From an uncultured Rhabdochlamydiaceae bacterium (GTDB taxonomy: Bacteria; Chlamydiota; Chlamydiia; Chlamydiales; Rhabdochlamydiaceae), in assembly GCA_963712275.1 (NCBI GenBank), contig CAVQHD010000001.1:1600001-1664000 (forward strand): a stretch of 64,000 nucleotides of DNA. The letters run 5' to 3'. Position numbers and translations under genes: made by a program. The stretch's first letter is position 1. Every line of letters begins with the position of its first letter. Below, in pieces: positions 41,932 to 49,717 of this stretch. The notes under the pieces were generated by a model that saw only the letters and a list, made by a program, of their open reading frames with translations, did no database searches and was not told where the DNA came from.

Positions 41932-42082
41932 CTTCATCATCTTAGACTGCGCGAAAGCTCCCGCGGTTGAACGATCGCAAACAGGGGCAGTATTAGCTCA
42001 ATACGACCCCGTTTGCGATCGTTCAACCGCGGGAGCTTTCGCGCAGTCTAAGATTGAGAAGTTATTCATTTACGGGCCCTAG
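41911..42082. mobile_element. Palindromic MITE-like element family D, flanked by CTGG / CTAG
   Basis: GGCCCGTAAATGAATAACTT...AAGTTATTCATTTACGGGCC (41915-42078), with a long internal stem, between convergent genes. Confidence 0.9.
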
Positions 42083-42814
42083 CGCCTTCCTAGAACCATA
42101 GGTATGACTTGCCTGCGCGAGATTTGTTCGAACATTAGGAAAGACCCCTTCCAAAAGCTTTATCATCTCTTTCACTTCTCTCCGAAGGGACCTCTGCCCC
42201 ACAGGACACTGGCAGGTGATACGGGCAAAACGGTACAATTTTGCAAACTCTGTAATCTCATCTTCCGAGATAAAAATCAGCGGACGGGTGATTGTGACCC
42301 CATAGTCATGCATTGGCACTTTAGGAAGGTTGCCCGCAAACTCCCCTTTATGCATCAGATTCATGAGCAGGGTTTCAATGTTATCATCGCGATGGTGTCC
42401 AAAGGCAACCAGCTTGCACCCCAGCCCGCGCGCCGTCTCAAAAATCAGACTCCGCCGCTCCCTTGAGCAGCTATAACACTCAAGAGACTCCCGTTTTTGC
42501 GTCGAATAACAAATCGTCAAGGGAACGCCCAGCTCCTCACAAATCGGCGCTAAAAACTGCTCTCCCAATGCGGCCCCGCATGAATATTCCCCCGCCACAT
42601 GAACCGCAAAAATCTCTAGCAAAGGAATGCCCCGCCCTGAGATTGCCTTGAGAAGATACAAAAGCGTCAGGCTATCTTTCCCTCCGCTTAAAGCAATTAA
42701 AATTTTTGACTCCCCTTCTAGCAAATCAAACTCATAAAGCGCCTTGCGGCACATGCTCTCAAGCTTTCTTCCAAGAGAAGTCCAAGGAGGACGTGCGATC
42801 GGTAATATTGTCAT
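42062..42814 (-). CDS. ttcA: tRNA 2-thiocytidine biosynthesis protein TtcA; last 6 codons supplied by element D
   Basis: SGGKDS PP-loop, CYSC, GHHRDD and CQCP motifs. Ends in LGPVNE*. Confidence 0.9.
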   Translation of the reverse strand: MTILPIARPPWTSLGRKLESMCRKALYEFDLLEGESKILIALSGGKDSLTLLYLLKAISGRGIPLLEIFAVHVAGEYSCGAALGEQFLAPICEELGVPLTICYSTQKRESLECYSCSRERRSLIFETARGLGCKLVAFGHHRDDNIETLLMNLMHKGEFAGNLPKVPMHDYGVTITRPLIFISEDEITEFAKLYRFARITCQCPVGQRSLRREVKEMIKLLEGVFPNVRTNLAQASHTYGSRKALGPVNE

Positions 42815-42874
42815 GCAAAAAATGGTATCTTTGCCCTATATTCTACCTCAACATGATTTGTTTGTGGAGCGCAG

Positions 42875-43093
42875 ATGACAAAAGCCGGCCGTAATGATCC
42901 TTGCCCTTGTGGCTCAGGAAAGAAATTCAAAAAATGTTGTGAATCCAAAACTTCCAAGCAGCCCCTTGCCAATGCTCAAGTCCTCACAGGCCCCAATAAG
43001 ATAGGCTCCCTCTTCCACCGCCACCTCACTCCCCCTCAAGAACCTGACCAAACCCCTGAGGTGCCACCTGACTCAAAGCATCTGAACATGTAG
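42875..43093 (+). CDS. SEC-C motif small protein
   Basis: [18 protein letters not shown]. Confidence 0.85.
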   Translation: MTKAGRNDPCPCGSGKKFKKCCESKTSKQPLANAQVLTGPNKIGSLFHRHLTPPQEPDQTPEVPPDSKHLNM

Positions 43094-43142
43094 CGCTTGA
43101 GAAATAACGAATGAATTTGTTATAAGGCTTAGATCCTTTTCT

Positions 43143-43214
43143 GCTGGTGTAGCTCAATGGTAGAGCATCCGCCTTGTAAGCGGACGGTTGAGGGTTCAAG
43201 TCCTTTCGCCAGCA
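43143..43214 (+). tRNA. tRNA-Thr(UGU)
   Basis: GCTGGTG/CGCCAGC acceptor stem, TCCGC-CT-TGT-AA-GCGGA anticodon arm, GGTTCAAGTCC T-arm. Confidence 0.97.
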
Positions 43215-43242
43215 TTTCTTCTATCCGTAACGGAGTTAAAGT

Positions 43243-43614
43243 ATGAGTTTATTATCGATTTCTTTGAAAGAAAAGGATCGTGAATGGACAAAAAGTGTAT
43301 CTCGGTGTGCGGAACACTTTACAACTATAGGAGCAATTCGAAGCAGCGCATTTCAGTTAGCTTTAGCTGATCTGCTTGTCCAGGAATTAGAATTGAGATC
43401 CCGCCTATATCTTGAACACTCTAAGGAACAGGCAAATTTTGATAATTTTTTTACTGAACAAATGACAAGTCTTCATTCTGATTTAAAAAGCCGTTTTGGA
43501 GTTAGTATTCCGGGTAAAGAAAGATATGCCATCCTTCAAGAAAAATACAATATGATTCTTTTGTCTAATTGTTCTCCAGAATCAAAGTTGCCAATTGGTT
43601 TCAATTGCAGTTGA
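43243..43614 (+). CDS. Hypothetical protein
   Basis: 123-aa ORF with a GGAG RBS directly after tRNA-Thr. Confidence 0.55.
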   Translation: MSLLSISLKEKDREWTKSVSRCAEHFTTIGAIRSSAFQLALADLLVQELELRSRLYLEHSKEQANFDNFFTEQMTSLHSDLKSRFGVSIPGKERYAILQEKYNMILLSNCSPESKLPIGFNCS

Positions 43615-43675
43615 TCCTTTAAATTCAGCCATTGTTTGAAAGCTACTTCTAAAATAGAAATAGTTAAAAAAATTA

Positions 43676-44557
43676 TTACTCTTTATAAGAATCTGTGACT
43701 ATACCCATAGAATCCTGTGGCTCAAGAACCAATTGAGAATGAGCAGCTTTCAGCCTTTTTTTAACTTTTTTGATCGGCTCAGCAGAGGGAATGTTTTCAG
43801 GTAAGGTACCATTGATCTCTTCAATTACTGCGCGCACCTTCTTTCCCACCATCTCATGGGTTTCCATGGCATCTCTTTGGTTTTTAATACGCTCATTTTT
43901 AAGCTTGTCCCTAGTTTGAGTCATGCGAAATAAGTTCGCAGCAAGTTCGGTCGTGTCCATACGGTCCATAAGCTGCTCTTTTGGTAAGATTCCTTTGCGT
44001 GCTTTAATTGCATCTACTCCTAGACCGCCATAGAGTCCTTTATAGCCCGCGTCATGAAACATACCAAACATCTTATCTTGTACCCCAGCTTCGCGAGCCG
44101 CACCGGATAAAGCTTTGAATTCCACTGAAGCCTGGTGCCGTGTCTCTATTCTCTCGAGATCCGCAGCCATTTGATCTGAGATTTCTTGACGTCGGGTTTG
44201 GATCGCAAAATATTTCTGCGCCTGAGCGATTTCTGGTTTTCTTGAGTCCCCATTTTGGGCGATCAGGTAGCAGGCAAAGCGGGAGAGGTGCCAGTCTTCA
44301 ATTTCACGATCTGTCTGACTGCCGATTTCGACCATTTTAGCGGCGCTGCTAAAATGGTTCTGTGGGCTATTTCCAGATTGCCTACAAGATTCCATGGCTT
44401 TTTTGATCGCGGGAGTAAACCGTTGCCATGTGGAGTAGCCTAGACACGACTGAAGCTCCCTCGCGCTCCAATACTCTACACCATGCCGATTGTGTTTTTT
44501 CAGAGACTCAAAAGGCAAATCCGATTCTACAGGCAAAGAATCGTCAAATTTATCCAT
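43676..44557 (-). CDS. dinD: DNA damage-inducible protein D family (Bro-N-like N-terminus)
   Basis: EYWSARELQ, LSRFACYLIAQNGD, YFAIQTRRQE, GYKGLYGG and ELAANLFR motifs. Confidence 0.88.
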   Translation of the reverse strand: MDKFDDSLPVESDLPFESLKKHNRHGVEYWSARELQSCLGYSTWQRFTPAIKKAMESCRQSGNSPQNHFSSAAKMVEIGSQTDREIEDWHLSRFACYLIAQNGDSRKPEIAQAQKYFAIQTRRQEISDQMAADLERIETRHQASVEFKALSGAAREAGVQDKMFGMFHDAGYKGLYGGLGVDAIKARKGILPKEQLMDRMDTTELAANLFRMTQTRDKLKNERIKNQRDAMETHEMVGKKVRAVIEEINGTLPENIPSAEPIKKVKKRLKAAHSQLVLEPQDSMGIVTDSYKE

Positions 44558-44698
44558 GTTTGTGATCTCCAGTCTTTCTCAATTCAGAGTGGCAGAAAAA
44601 ATTTTAACCCATTTATGGAATTTTAACAAATTAAAAGTTTTAGCCAGGACCTCGGGCTCTTATACCCAAACAACTTGAAAAAGATCTGAAAATATCCG

Positions 44699-44734
44699 TT
44701 CTCAATTGAGAAGTTATTTATTTACGGGCCCTAA
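44699..44734. repeat. Collapsed remnant of family D element
   Basis: ATTGAGAAGTTATTTATTTACGGGCC+CTAA matches the right arm at 42053-42078 with one mismatch. It is preceded by the mini-palindrome TTCTCAATTGAGAA. Confidence 0.85.
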
Positions 44735-45628
44735 ATTGTCCTCAGCAAGGGCTAGCCTAATTGCTTTTTCACAGCTCAAACAGGCATGAGGAAAAAGCAG
44801 CTGAATTTCTCGATCTTGAACCGTGGATTCCACTTTTAAACTCTCGACCAATGAAGCGGCAAGGGAAAAATTCACTTTTGTGACAAGATAAAGCCAATAA
44901 GAAGAGAGATGGGGAGTGAGAATGGGAATGGTCAAAATCCATCGTCTTAGACCTCGGAGTGTTGCATAAAGGAGCAGCATTTCCTTAAAGGTCATGATAT
45001 TGGGCCCTCCAATCTCAAATGTCTTATTGAATGCGAGCGGCTGATGGAGAAGCTTGACAAGGTAATACAGGACATCGGATATGGCGATTGGTTGGCAACG
45101 GGTATTCAGCCAGCGAGGAGCGATCATAATGGGAAGCTTTTCGACTAAATCGCGAATGATTTTAAAAGAAGCGCTTCCTGCGCCGATAATGATGCTCGCC
45201 CTGATGGTTGTAATATTCGATGTTGAAGTTTTCAGTAACTCTTCAATATGCAGACGGGAACGGAAGTGTTCTGAGAGAAAAGTTCCCCTGTGCAAACCGC
45301 TTAAATAGATAATCTGTTTTACCTTAGTTTTTTCTACGAGCGCAAGGAAATTATTACAAGATTTCTCTTCGAGTTCGCTGAAACGCTTTGGATCATCAGC
45401 CATTGAATGTACGAGATAATAAGCGGCGTCTATGTTGTCCAACACTGGAAGTGACGATTTATCTAAGAGATCGCCTTGCAGAAAAGTGACTTGGGTTCCA
45501 AATTTTGAAGAGATTGGTAGATTTTTACCATGCCGGATCAGGACATAGACATGGTGTCCCTCCTCAAGAAGGCAAGGTAATAAATGACTTCCAATGTAGC
45601 CCGATGCACCTGTAAGTAAGATTTTCAT
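44714..45628 (-). CDS. NAD(P)-binding atypical SDR (YbjT-like), ending in the element-derived LGPVNK*
   Basis: MKILLTGASGYIG, AYYLVHSM, IIGAGSASF and QPIAISDV motifs. Start is 45628. Confidence 0.88.
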   Translation of the reverse strand: MKILLTGASGYIGSHLLPCLLEEGHHVYVLIRHGKNLPISSKFGTQVTFLQGDLLDKSSLPVLDNIDAAYYLVHSMADDPKRFSELEEKSCNNFLALVEKTKVKQIIYLSGLHRGTFLSEHFRSRLHIEELLKTSTSNITTIRASIIIGAGSASFKIIRDLVEKLPIMIAPRWLNTRCQPIAISDVLYYLVKLLHQPLAFNKTFEIGGPNIMTFKEMLLLYATLRGLRRWILTIPILTPHLSSYWLYLVTKVNFSLAASLVESLKVESTVQDREIQLLFPHACLSCEKAIRLALAEDNLGPVNK

Positions 45629-45893
45629 ATCAAATCGATTTTCTTTCAGATATATCACGAATAAAAAGTAAAAGAAATCGTGAAGTAAAAAAAGGCGGGA
45701 CCAACTCGTCAAATTTTCTTTTTTGCTCCACTCACGACAGGTTGAAAAAATCCACGACAGTCTGCATTCTTTACCAAAATTCAGAGGAAAATATGAGAGT
45801 TTGAGCAGTTATTGCTTATTTGTGTGCTGCGTCCTTTTCGTTATGCGGATGTCCAATATTTTGATCCAAACGTGCGTATCTTCGAAGAGCTTG

Positions 45894-46310
45894 TTATAGA
45901 AGCATTGCTGGTTGCACGAGTAATGAATGCACTGTCGCACCAACATCAGCAATGGGACAGTGAAGACAGGTAACATCAGGATGATGATAGAATGCATTTG
46001 TCTGAGGCCCAAGCTCAAATGCCAAGGGGTCTTCGCTATGAAGAAAGACCCTTTTTCCTCTTGCAATTGCAAACCCCAACTCGAGATGAGTCCCATTCCC
46101 TCCCGGAAGAAGAACAACAACAAAATCGGCTTTCGAAATGCCGTCTAGTTCAAGCACAGCCACCTCTCTTAGGCGCTCTTTGCTAACCGACTTCACACTT
46201 CCATGAAAAGTCCAATCATATAAAATTTCATGACCCCACATTCTTAGAGCATCCCTCACCATATGATGGGCCGTCACTCTCGAAAGTGATGTGGCAATAT
46301 AGTATTTCAT
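45894..46310 (-). CDS. Nucleoside 2-deoxyribosyltransferase-like small protein
   Basis: MKYYIA..., ADFVVVLLPGGNGTHLELGFA and GKRVF motifs. Confidence 0.75.
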   Translation of the reverse strand: MKYYIATSLSRVTAHHMVRDALRMWGHEILYDWTFHGSVKSVSKERLREVAVLELDGISKADFVVVLLPGGNGTHLELGFAIARGKRVFLHSEDPLAFELGPQTNAFYHHPDVTCLHCPIADVGATVHSLLVQPAMLL

Positions 46311-46368
46311 CAGATTTTTTTTGAGCTTACAACAAACAAGTTAATCTATCAATCATTTAAACTTCTGC

Positions 46369-47010
46369 TTATGTTAATTTAATTTTCCGTTCTGAAAGAA
46401 TGTGCTCTACCTGTTTGCGCTTGTCTCGATGGATAGCGGCGCAGTTTTTCCGAAACTCAAAAAGCGCAACTTCGGGGAAGCGGATATAGAGCTCAAGTCG
46501 TTTCATGACATCTCTCCCGCCTGAACGTCCATTTTCGATAGAGACGAGCGTTTTTGTTCCAATGGCAAATCCGATGGCAAATTCTCGTGTTGTTAATCCA
46601 AGTTCTTGGCGAAAGACTTTCAATTCTTTCATTCCCAAGGGGTTTTGCTTTTTTCGCTCAAAAATAAAGGAAGAAGGACCTCTTTTTCCAATGGTAGTAA
46701 GCAAAATAAAAGGATCTTGTTCAGTTATGTCAATGTTTTCTGCTGCACAATATTCTTGATATGCAGGATTTTCCCGCGAAGGGAGTCGATCGATAAATGG
46801 CTCAAAAAGAGTGGGCGATGTGAACTTTCTTGGACTTAACGGCAACTCTGGCCCCAAGGGAATGAGATTCATACGCAAGTAAGCTTTATCATAGAGGAAA
46901 ACATACAGATGCCTTCTAAAATTATACGTTAATTCGCCAACGAATTTGCGGCTTTTTCTTTGCTCCAAGTAGACGAGCACAGAGGGCACTTTACCAGTTG
47001 GAGTATGCAT
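46369..47010 (-). CDS. HipA N-terminal (HipS-like) domain fused to an Xre-type HTH; putative antitoxin
   Basis: VGEL...YVFLYD...LGPELPL...LFEPFIDRLP (HipA-N pattern), then LKVFRQELGLTTREFA...LVSIENGR (HTH). Confidence 0.8.
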   Translation of the reverse strand: MHTPTGKVPSVLVYLEQRKSRKFVGELTYNFRRHLYVFLYDKAYLRMNLIPLGPELPLSPRKFTSPTLFEPFIDRLPSRENPAYQEYCAAENIDITEQDPFILLTTIGKRGPSSFIFERKKQNPLGMKELKVFRQELGLTTREFAIGFAIGTKTLVSIENGRSGGRDVMKRLELYIRFPEVALFEFRKNCAAIHRDKRKQVEHILSERKIKLT

Positions 47011-47902
47011 CGGTCACCTCTTTAAGCTCGTGGTATCTTCTGTGTAGCAGGTTAGAAAATGCAGCTTTCCTCGTGGGAGAAATAAAACTTCTGCTTACTA
47101 AATCGACGATCTCTTGGAGTGCAATTGAGAGATAGAATTGTGCGACGAGCTCTTCATATCCCATCTCGCAAAAATCAAGAGCATATTCGCGCATTTTCGG
47201 TTCTTGAGAGCGAGAGGAATGAATTTTTCCACATGGTTCTAATACTGCCTTTAAAAAACTCTCTTCCTCAATTCCCAAACAAGAAGGATTGTCGTAGGTA
47301 GGAGATAACATTTTACCCTGAGCCGTCTGGATCAGCGCCAAATTTCTGCCATGTCGATCGTGGTTGCCTATGAAAACATCAAAGAGACACAGCTTAATGA
47401 ATTGTTCAATATCCGCCGCTTTTCCCGTGTGATCGGAAATCACTTTTAAAATTGTCTCTAAATCAAACGGTTGTTCTCCCAAGAATCGGTACAAGTGCAC
47501 CAAGTCAGCTCCCGGGTATTTTTCCATGAAGTTTTTGGAAATAAAGGCTGGTTCTTCCTCTAATCGGATGAAATAAAAATCAGGGACGTTCACACCTAGT
47601 CTTTTTGCGATTTGATTGCATAAAAACTCCATCGCTGGAAGATCGGGAAAAGACGGTTGCCGTACTTTAATGATGTAACTAGATCCGCCTAATTTAGCGG
47701 AATATTTCCTGAATTTTCCATGAAAAAAACTGGAGTTGATTTCGGCTTTTGGATCATTGCTATTGCCGGAGGTTTTCATAGTTAGCTGAAAAGGAGTATG
47801 CAGACCATCCACTCCAAACCAATTACGAAAACACTCTTGATGCAGGCCGTGAGTACTTTCTTTTCCTAACGCCAGTAAACAGTTAAAACAACGCTCCTCC
47901 AT
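46991..47902 (-). CDS. HipA-family kinase lacking the N-terminal domain (HipT-like toxin)
   Basis: SFFHGKFRKYS loop, YIIK, IGNHDRHGRN and LSPTYD motifs, with an N-terminal CxxC...HxxC. Likely start is 47902. Confidence 0.85.
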   Translation of the reverse strand: MEERCFNCLLALGKESTHGLHQECFRNWFGVDGLHTPFQLTMKTSGNSNDPKAEINSSFFHGKFRKYSAKLGGSSYIIKVRQPSFPDLPAMEFLCNQIAKRLGVNVPDFYFIRLEEEPAFISKNFMEKYPGADLVHLYRFLGEQPFDLETILKVISDHTGKAADIEQFIKLCLFDVFIGNHDRHGRNLALIQTAQGKMLSPTYDNPSCLGIEEESFLKAVLEPCGKIHSSRSQEPKMREYALDFCEMGYEELVAQFYLSIALQEIVDLVSRSFISPTRKAAFSNLLHRRYHELKEVTDAYSNW

Positions 47903-47909
47903 AAATATA

Positions 47910-47949
47910 ACCTTGACTTCAAGGTATACCATTCCTGAGTTGGTGTCAA
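47910..47949 (-). promoter_or_regulatory. Promoter of the hip module with overlapping inverted-repeat operator
   Basis: Minus strand reads TTGACA-17 nt-TACCTT. The palindrome ACCTTGA-CT-TCAAGGT (47910-47925) overlaps the -10 element. Confidence 0.6.
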
Positions 47950-48135
47950 TAGGAATCAATATTTAACATGATTAAGTATTTGACAAACAGTACGATACAT
48001 GTGGTTTCATGTTACACCATCCTCTCCATGGTGTAATCTTACATCTAGAAACTATTCAAAAGTTCCCTGAAACAGCAGCCCTTGTTTGAATCTTAACCAA
48101 GCATGCTTTAGGCTCTCTTTTTTAGAGGAGATCTT

Positions 48136-48465
48136 ATGTTTGCCGTCGTTTATCAAGGCTATGTGAAGGCTGGCCAAGAAGCAGAGTATCAGGAAGCCTG
48201 GAACAAAGTGGCTCGGTATTTTGTTGAAAAACGAGGAGCCATTGGTTCCTGTCTTCATCGAGGATCTGATGGATTGTGGCTAGCTTATTCTAGATGGCCT
48301 GATAAAAAGACGCGAGATGCTTCTTGGCCAGGAGACAGTGCACCATCTAGCGAACTACCAGCGGAAATTCGCGACGCAATTCTAACAATCAAAAATTGCC
48401 TCGATCAGGATCGAAAACTGCCTGATATCTGTATGGAAGTTGTTACCGATTTGTTGCTTAAATAA
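48136..48465 (+). CDS. Antibiotic biosynthesis monooxygenase-like (dimeric alpha-beta barrel) protein
   Basis: FAVVYQGYVKAGQEAEYQEAW...GAIGSCLH...AYSRWPD pattern, preceded by a GAGGAG RBS. Confidence 0.7.
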   Translation: MFAVVYQGYVKAGQEAEYQEAWNKVARYFVEKRGAIGSCLHRGSDGLWLAYSRWPDKKTRDASWPGDSAPSSELPAEIRDAILTIKNCLDQDRKLPDICMEVVTDLLLK

Positions 48466-48533
48466 CTGAATCCGTTCACACCCTCTTTACCTCTAAAAAT
48501 TGTCGGTTTTTATTTGCTCAGCAATGCCACCTT

Positions 48534-49547
48534 TTGATATCATTCTTACTTAAGAAATTGCTTTGGATGTGTATGAACCAACAAACTGAAATTCCTAAAG
48601 AACTTAAGCGTTGGAACTGGGGGGCTTTTTTGCTAAGCCATATCTGGTGTATTCGTCATGGCGTTTGGCAAGGTTTGCTGCTTTTGTTGATTCCCTTCTT
48701 TGGACCATTATTAGTTCCGTTTTGGCTGGGTGCAAATGGAAATCAAAAAGCTTGGCTTAAGAGTCGTCGTGAACCTGTAGAGATTTTTCTAAAACGCCAA
48801 AAGCGTTGGGGTATCGCAGGATTCATTTTTTGGGTAGGCGGTGTAGTCGCCTTTTGCGGACTCCTTTTCTGGGCTCTCAATTACTCAGCTGATTTAAAAA
48901 TGGGCTTAGAAACTGCGAACTCGAACAAACGGTTGATTGAATATTTTGGGAAGCCTATTCGAAAATATTCATTTTTTGAAGGTTCCATCGCAGACGGCGA
49001 TAGTTTAGACGCTTCAGTCCTCTCCCTAGCTTTTAATGCAATCGGCTCCAAAAATAAAGGTCACCTACGTTTGCAATGGAAAAAAAGAGGCGGAGATTGG
49101 GTTGCCACTGAAATTACCTTTGCAGATTCGGAAGGAACGACTCACCAACTTGTTGATTCACCAACAATCGAAGGCTCCTTTTTCTCAAGAAAACCTTATG
49201 AAAGAACCGTGCTAGAAGACGCTCTAACTCGTATGATTCAAGAAAGAGACGGGTATGTCATTTTGTTGCGCTCAAAAAAAAACAATGACTTCATACAAAC
49301 AGCGATCGAAACCTTAGATGATGGCAATATTGTCTTTTCTGTCGTTTATAGTGATGGGTACACAAAGTGGAATAAAAAACTTTATCAATCTAAGAATCTT
49401 ATCAATAAAGACGAAGTTATCAAGCTTTTTACACTTTATGCAAGTGGGAATGATACGCATATTAACTTAATCGAATGGGATAAGCTAAATTCAGTCAAGC
49501 CCCATGGAGAACATTCAGCTTTTTTCACTTTCGGCGAATCTCTCTAG
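48534..49547 (+). CDS. Membrane protein (WNWGAF N-terminal TM domain + Coa1-like exported domain)
   Basis: RWNWGAFLL..., GANGNQKAW and FLKRQKRW motifs, then YFGKPI...GSKNKG. Likely start is near 48573. Confidence 0.65.
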   Translation: MISFLLKKLLWMCMNQQTEIPKELKRWNWGAFLLSHIWCIRHGVWQGLLLLLIPFFGPLLVPFWLGANGNQKAWLKSRREPVEIFLKRQKRWGIAGFIFWVGGVVAFCGLLFWALNYSADLKMGLETANSNKRLIEYFGKPIRKYSFFEGSIADGDSLDASVLSLAFNAIGSKNKGHLRLQWKKRGGDWVATEITFADSEGTTHQLVDSPTIEGSFFSRKPYERTVLEDALTRMIQERDGYVILLRSKKNNDFIQTAIETLDDGNIVFSVVYSDGYTKWNKKLYQSKNLINKDEVIKLFTLYASGNDTHINLIEWDKLNSVKPHGEHSAFFTFGESL

Positions 49548-49717
49548 GTCTGTCTCAAGGAGGTGGAAGCATCTGTCCATGAAGGGGCAAGGATCGAAGA
49601 AACCCGCTTACAATCAGTTAAGCTCAAAAGAAAGGCAGGAAGTTCCCTGACTGGAAAAGGCTTCGCCATTTTTGCAGATAATTCATCATTGAATCAAAAT
49701 AGCAATTAAAGCATACT

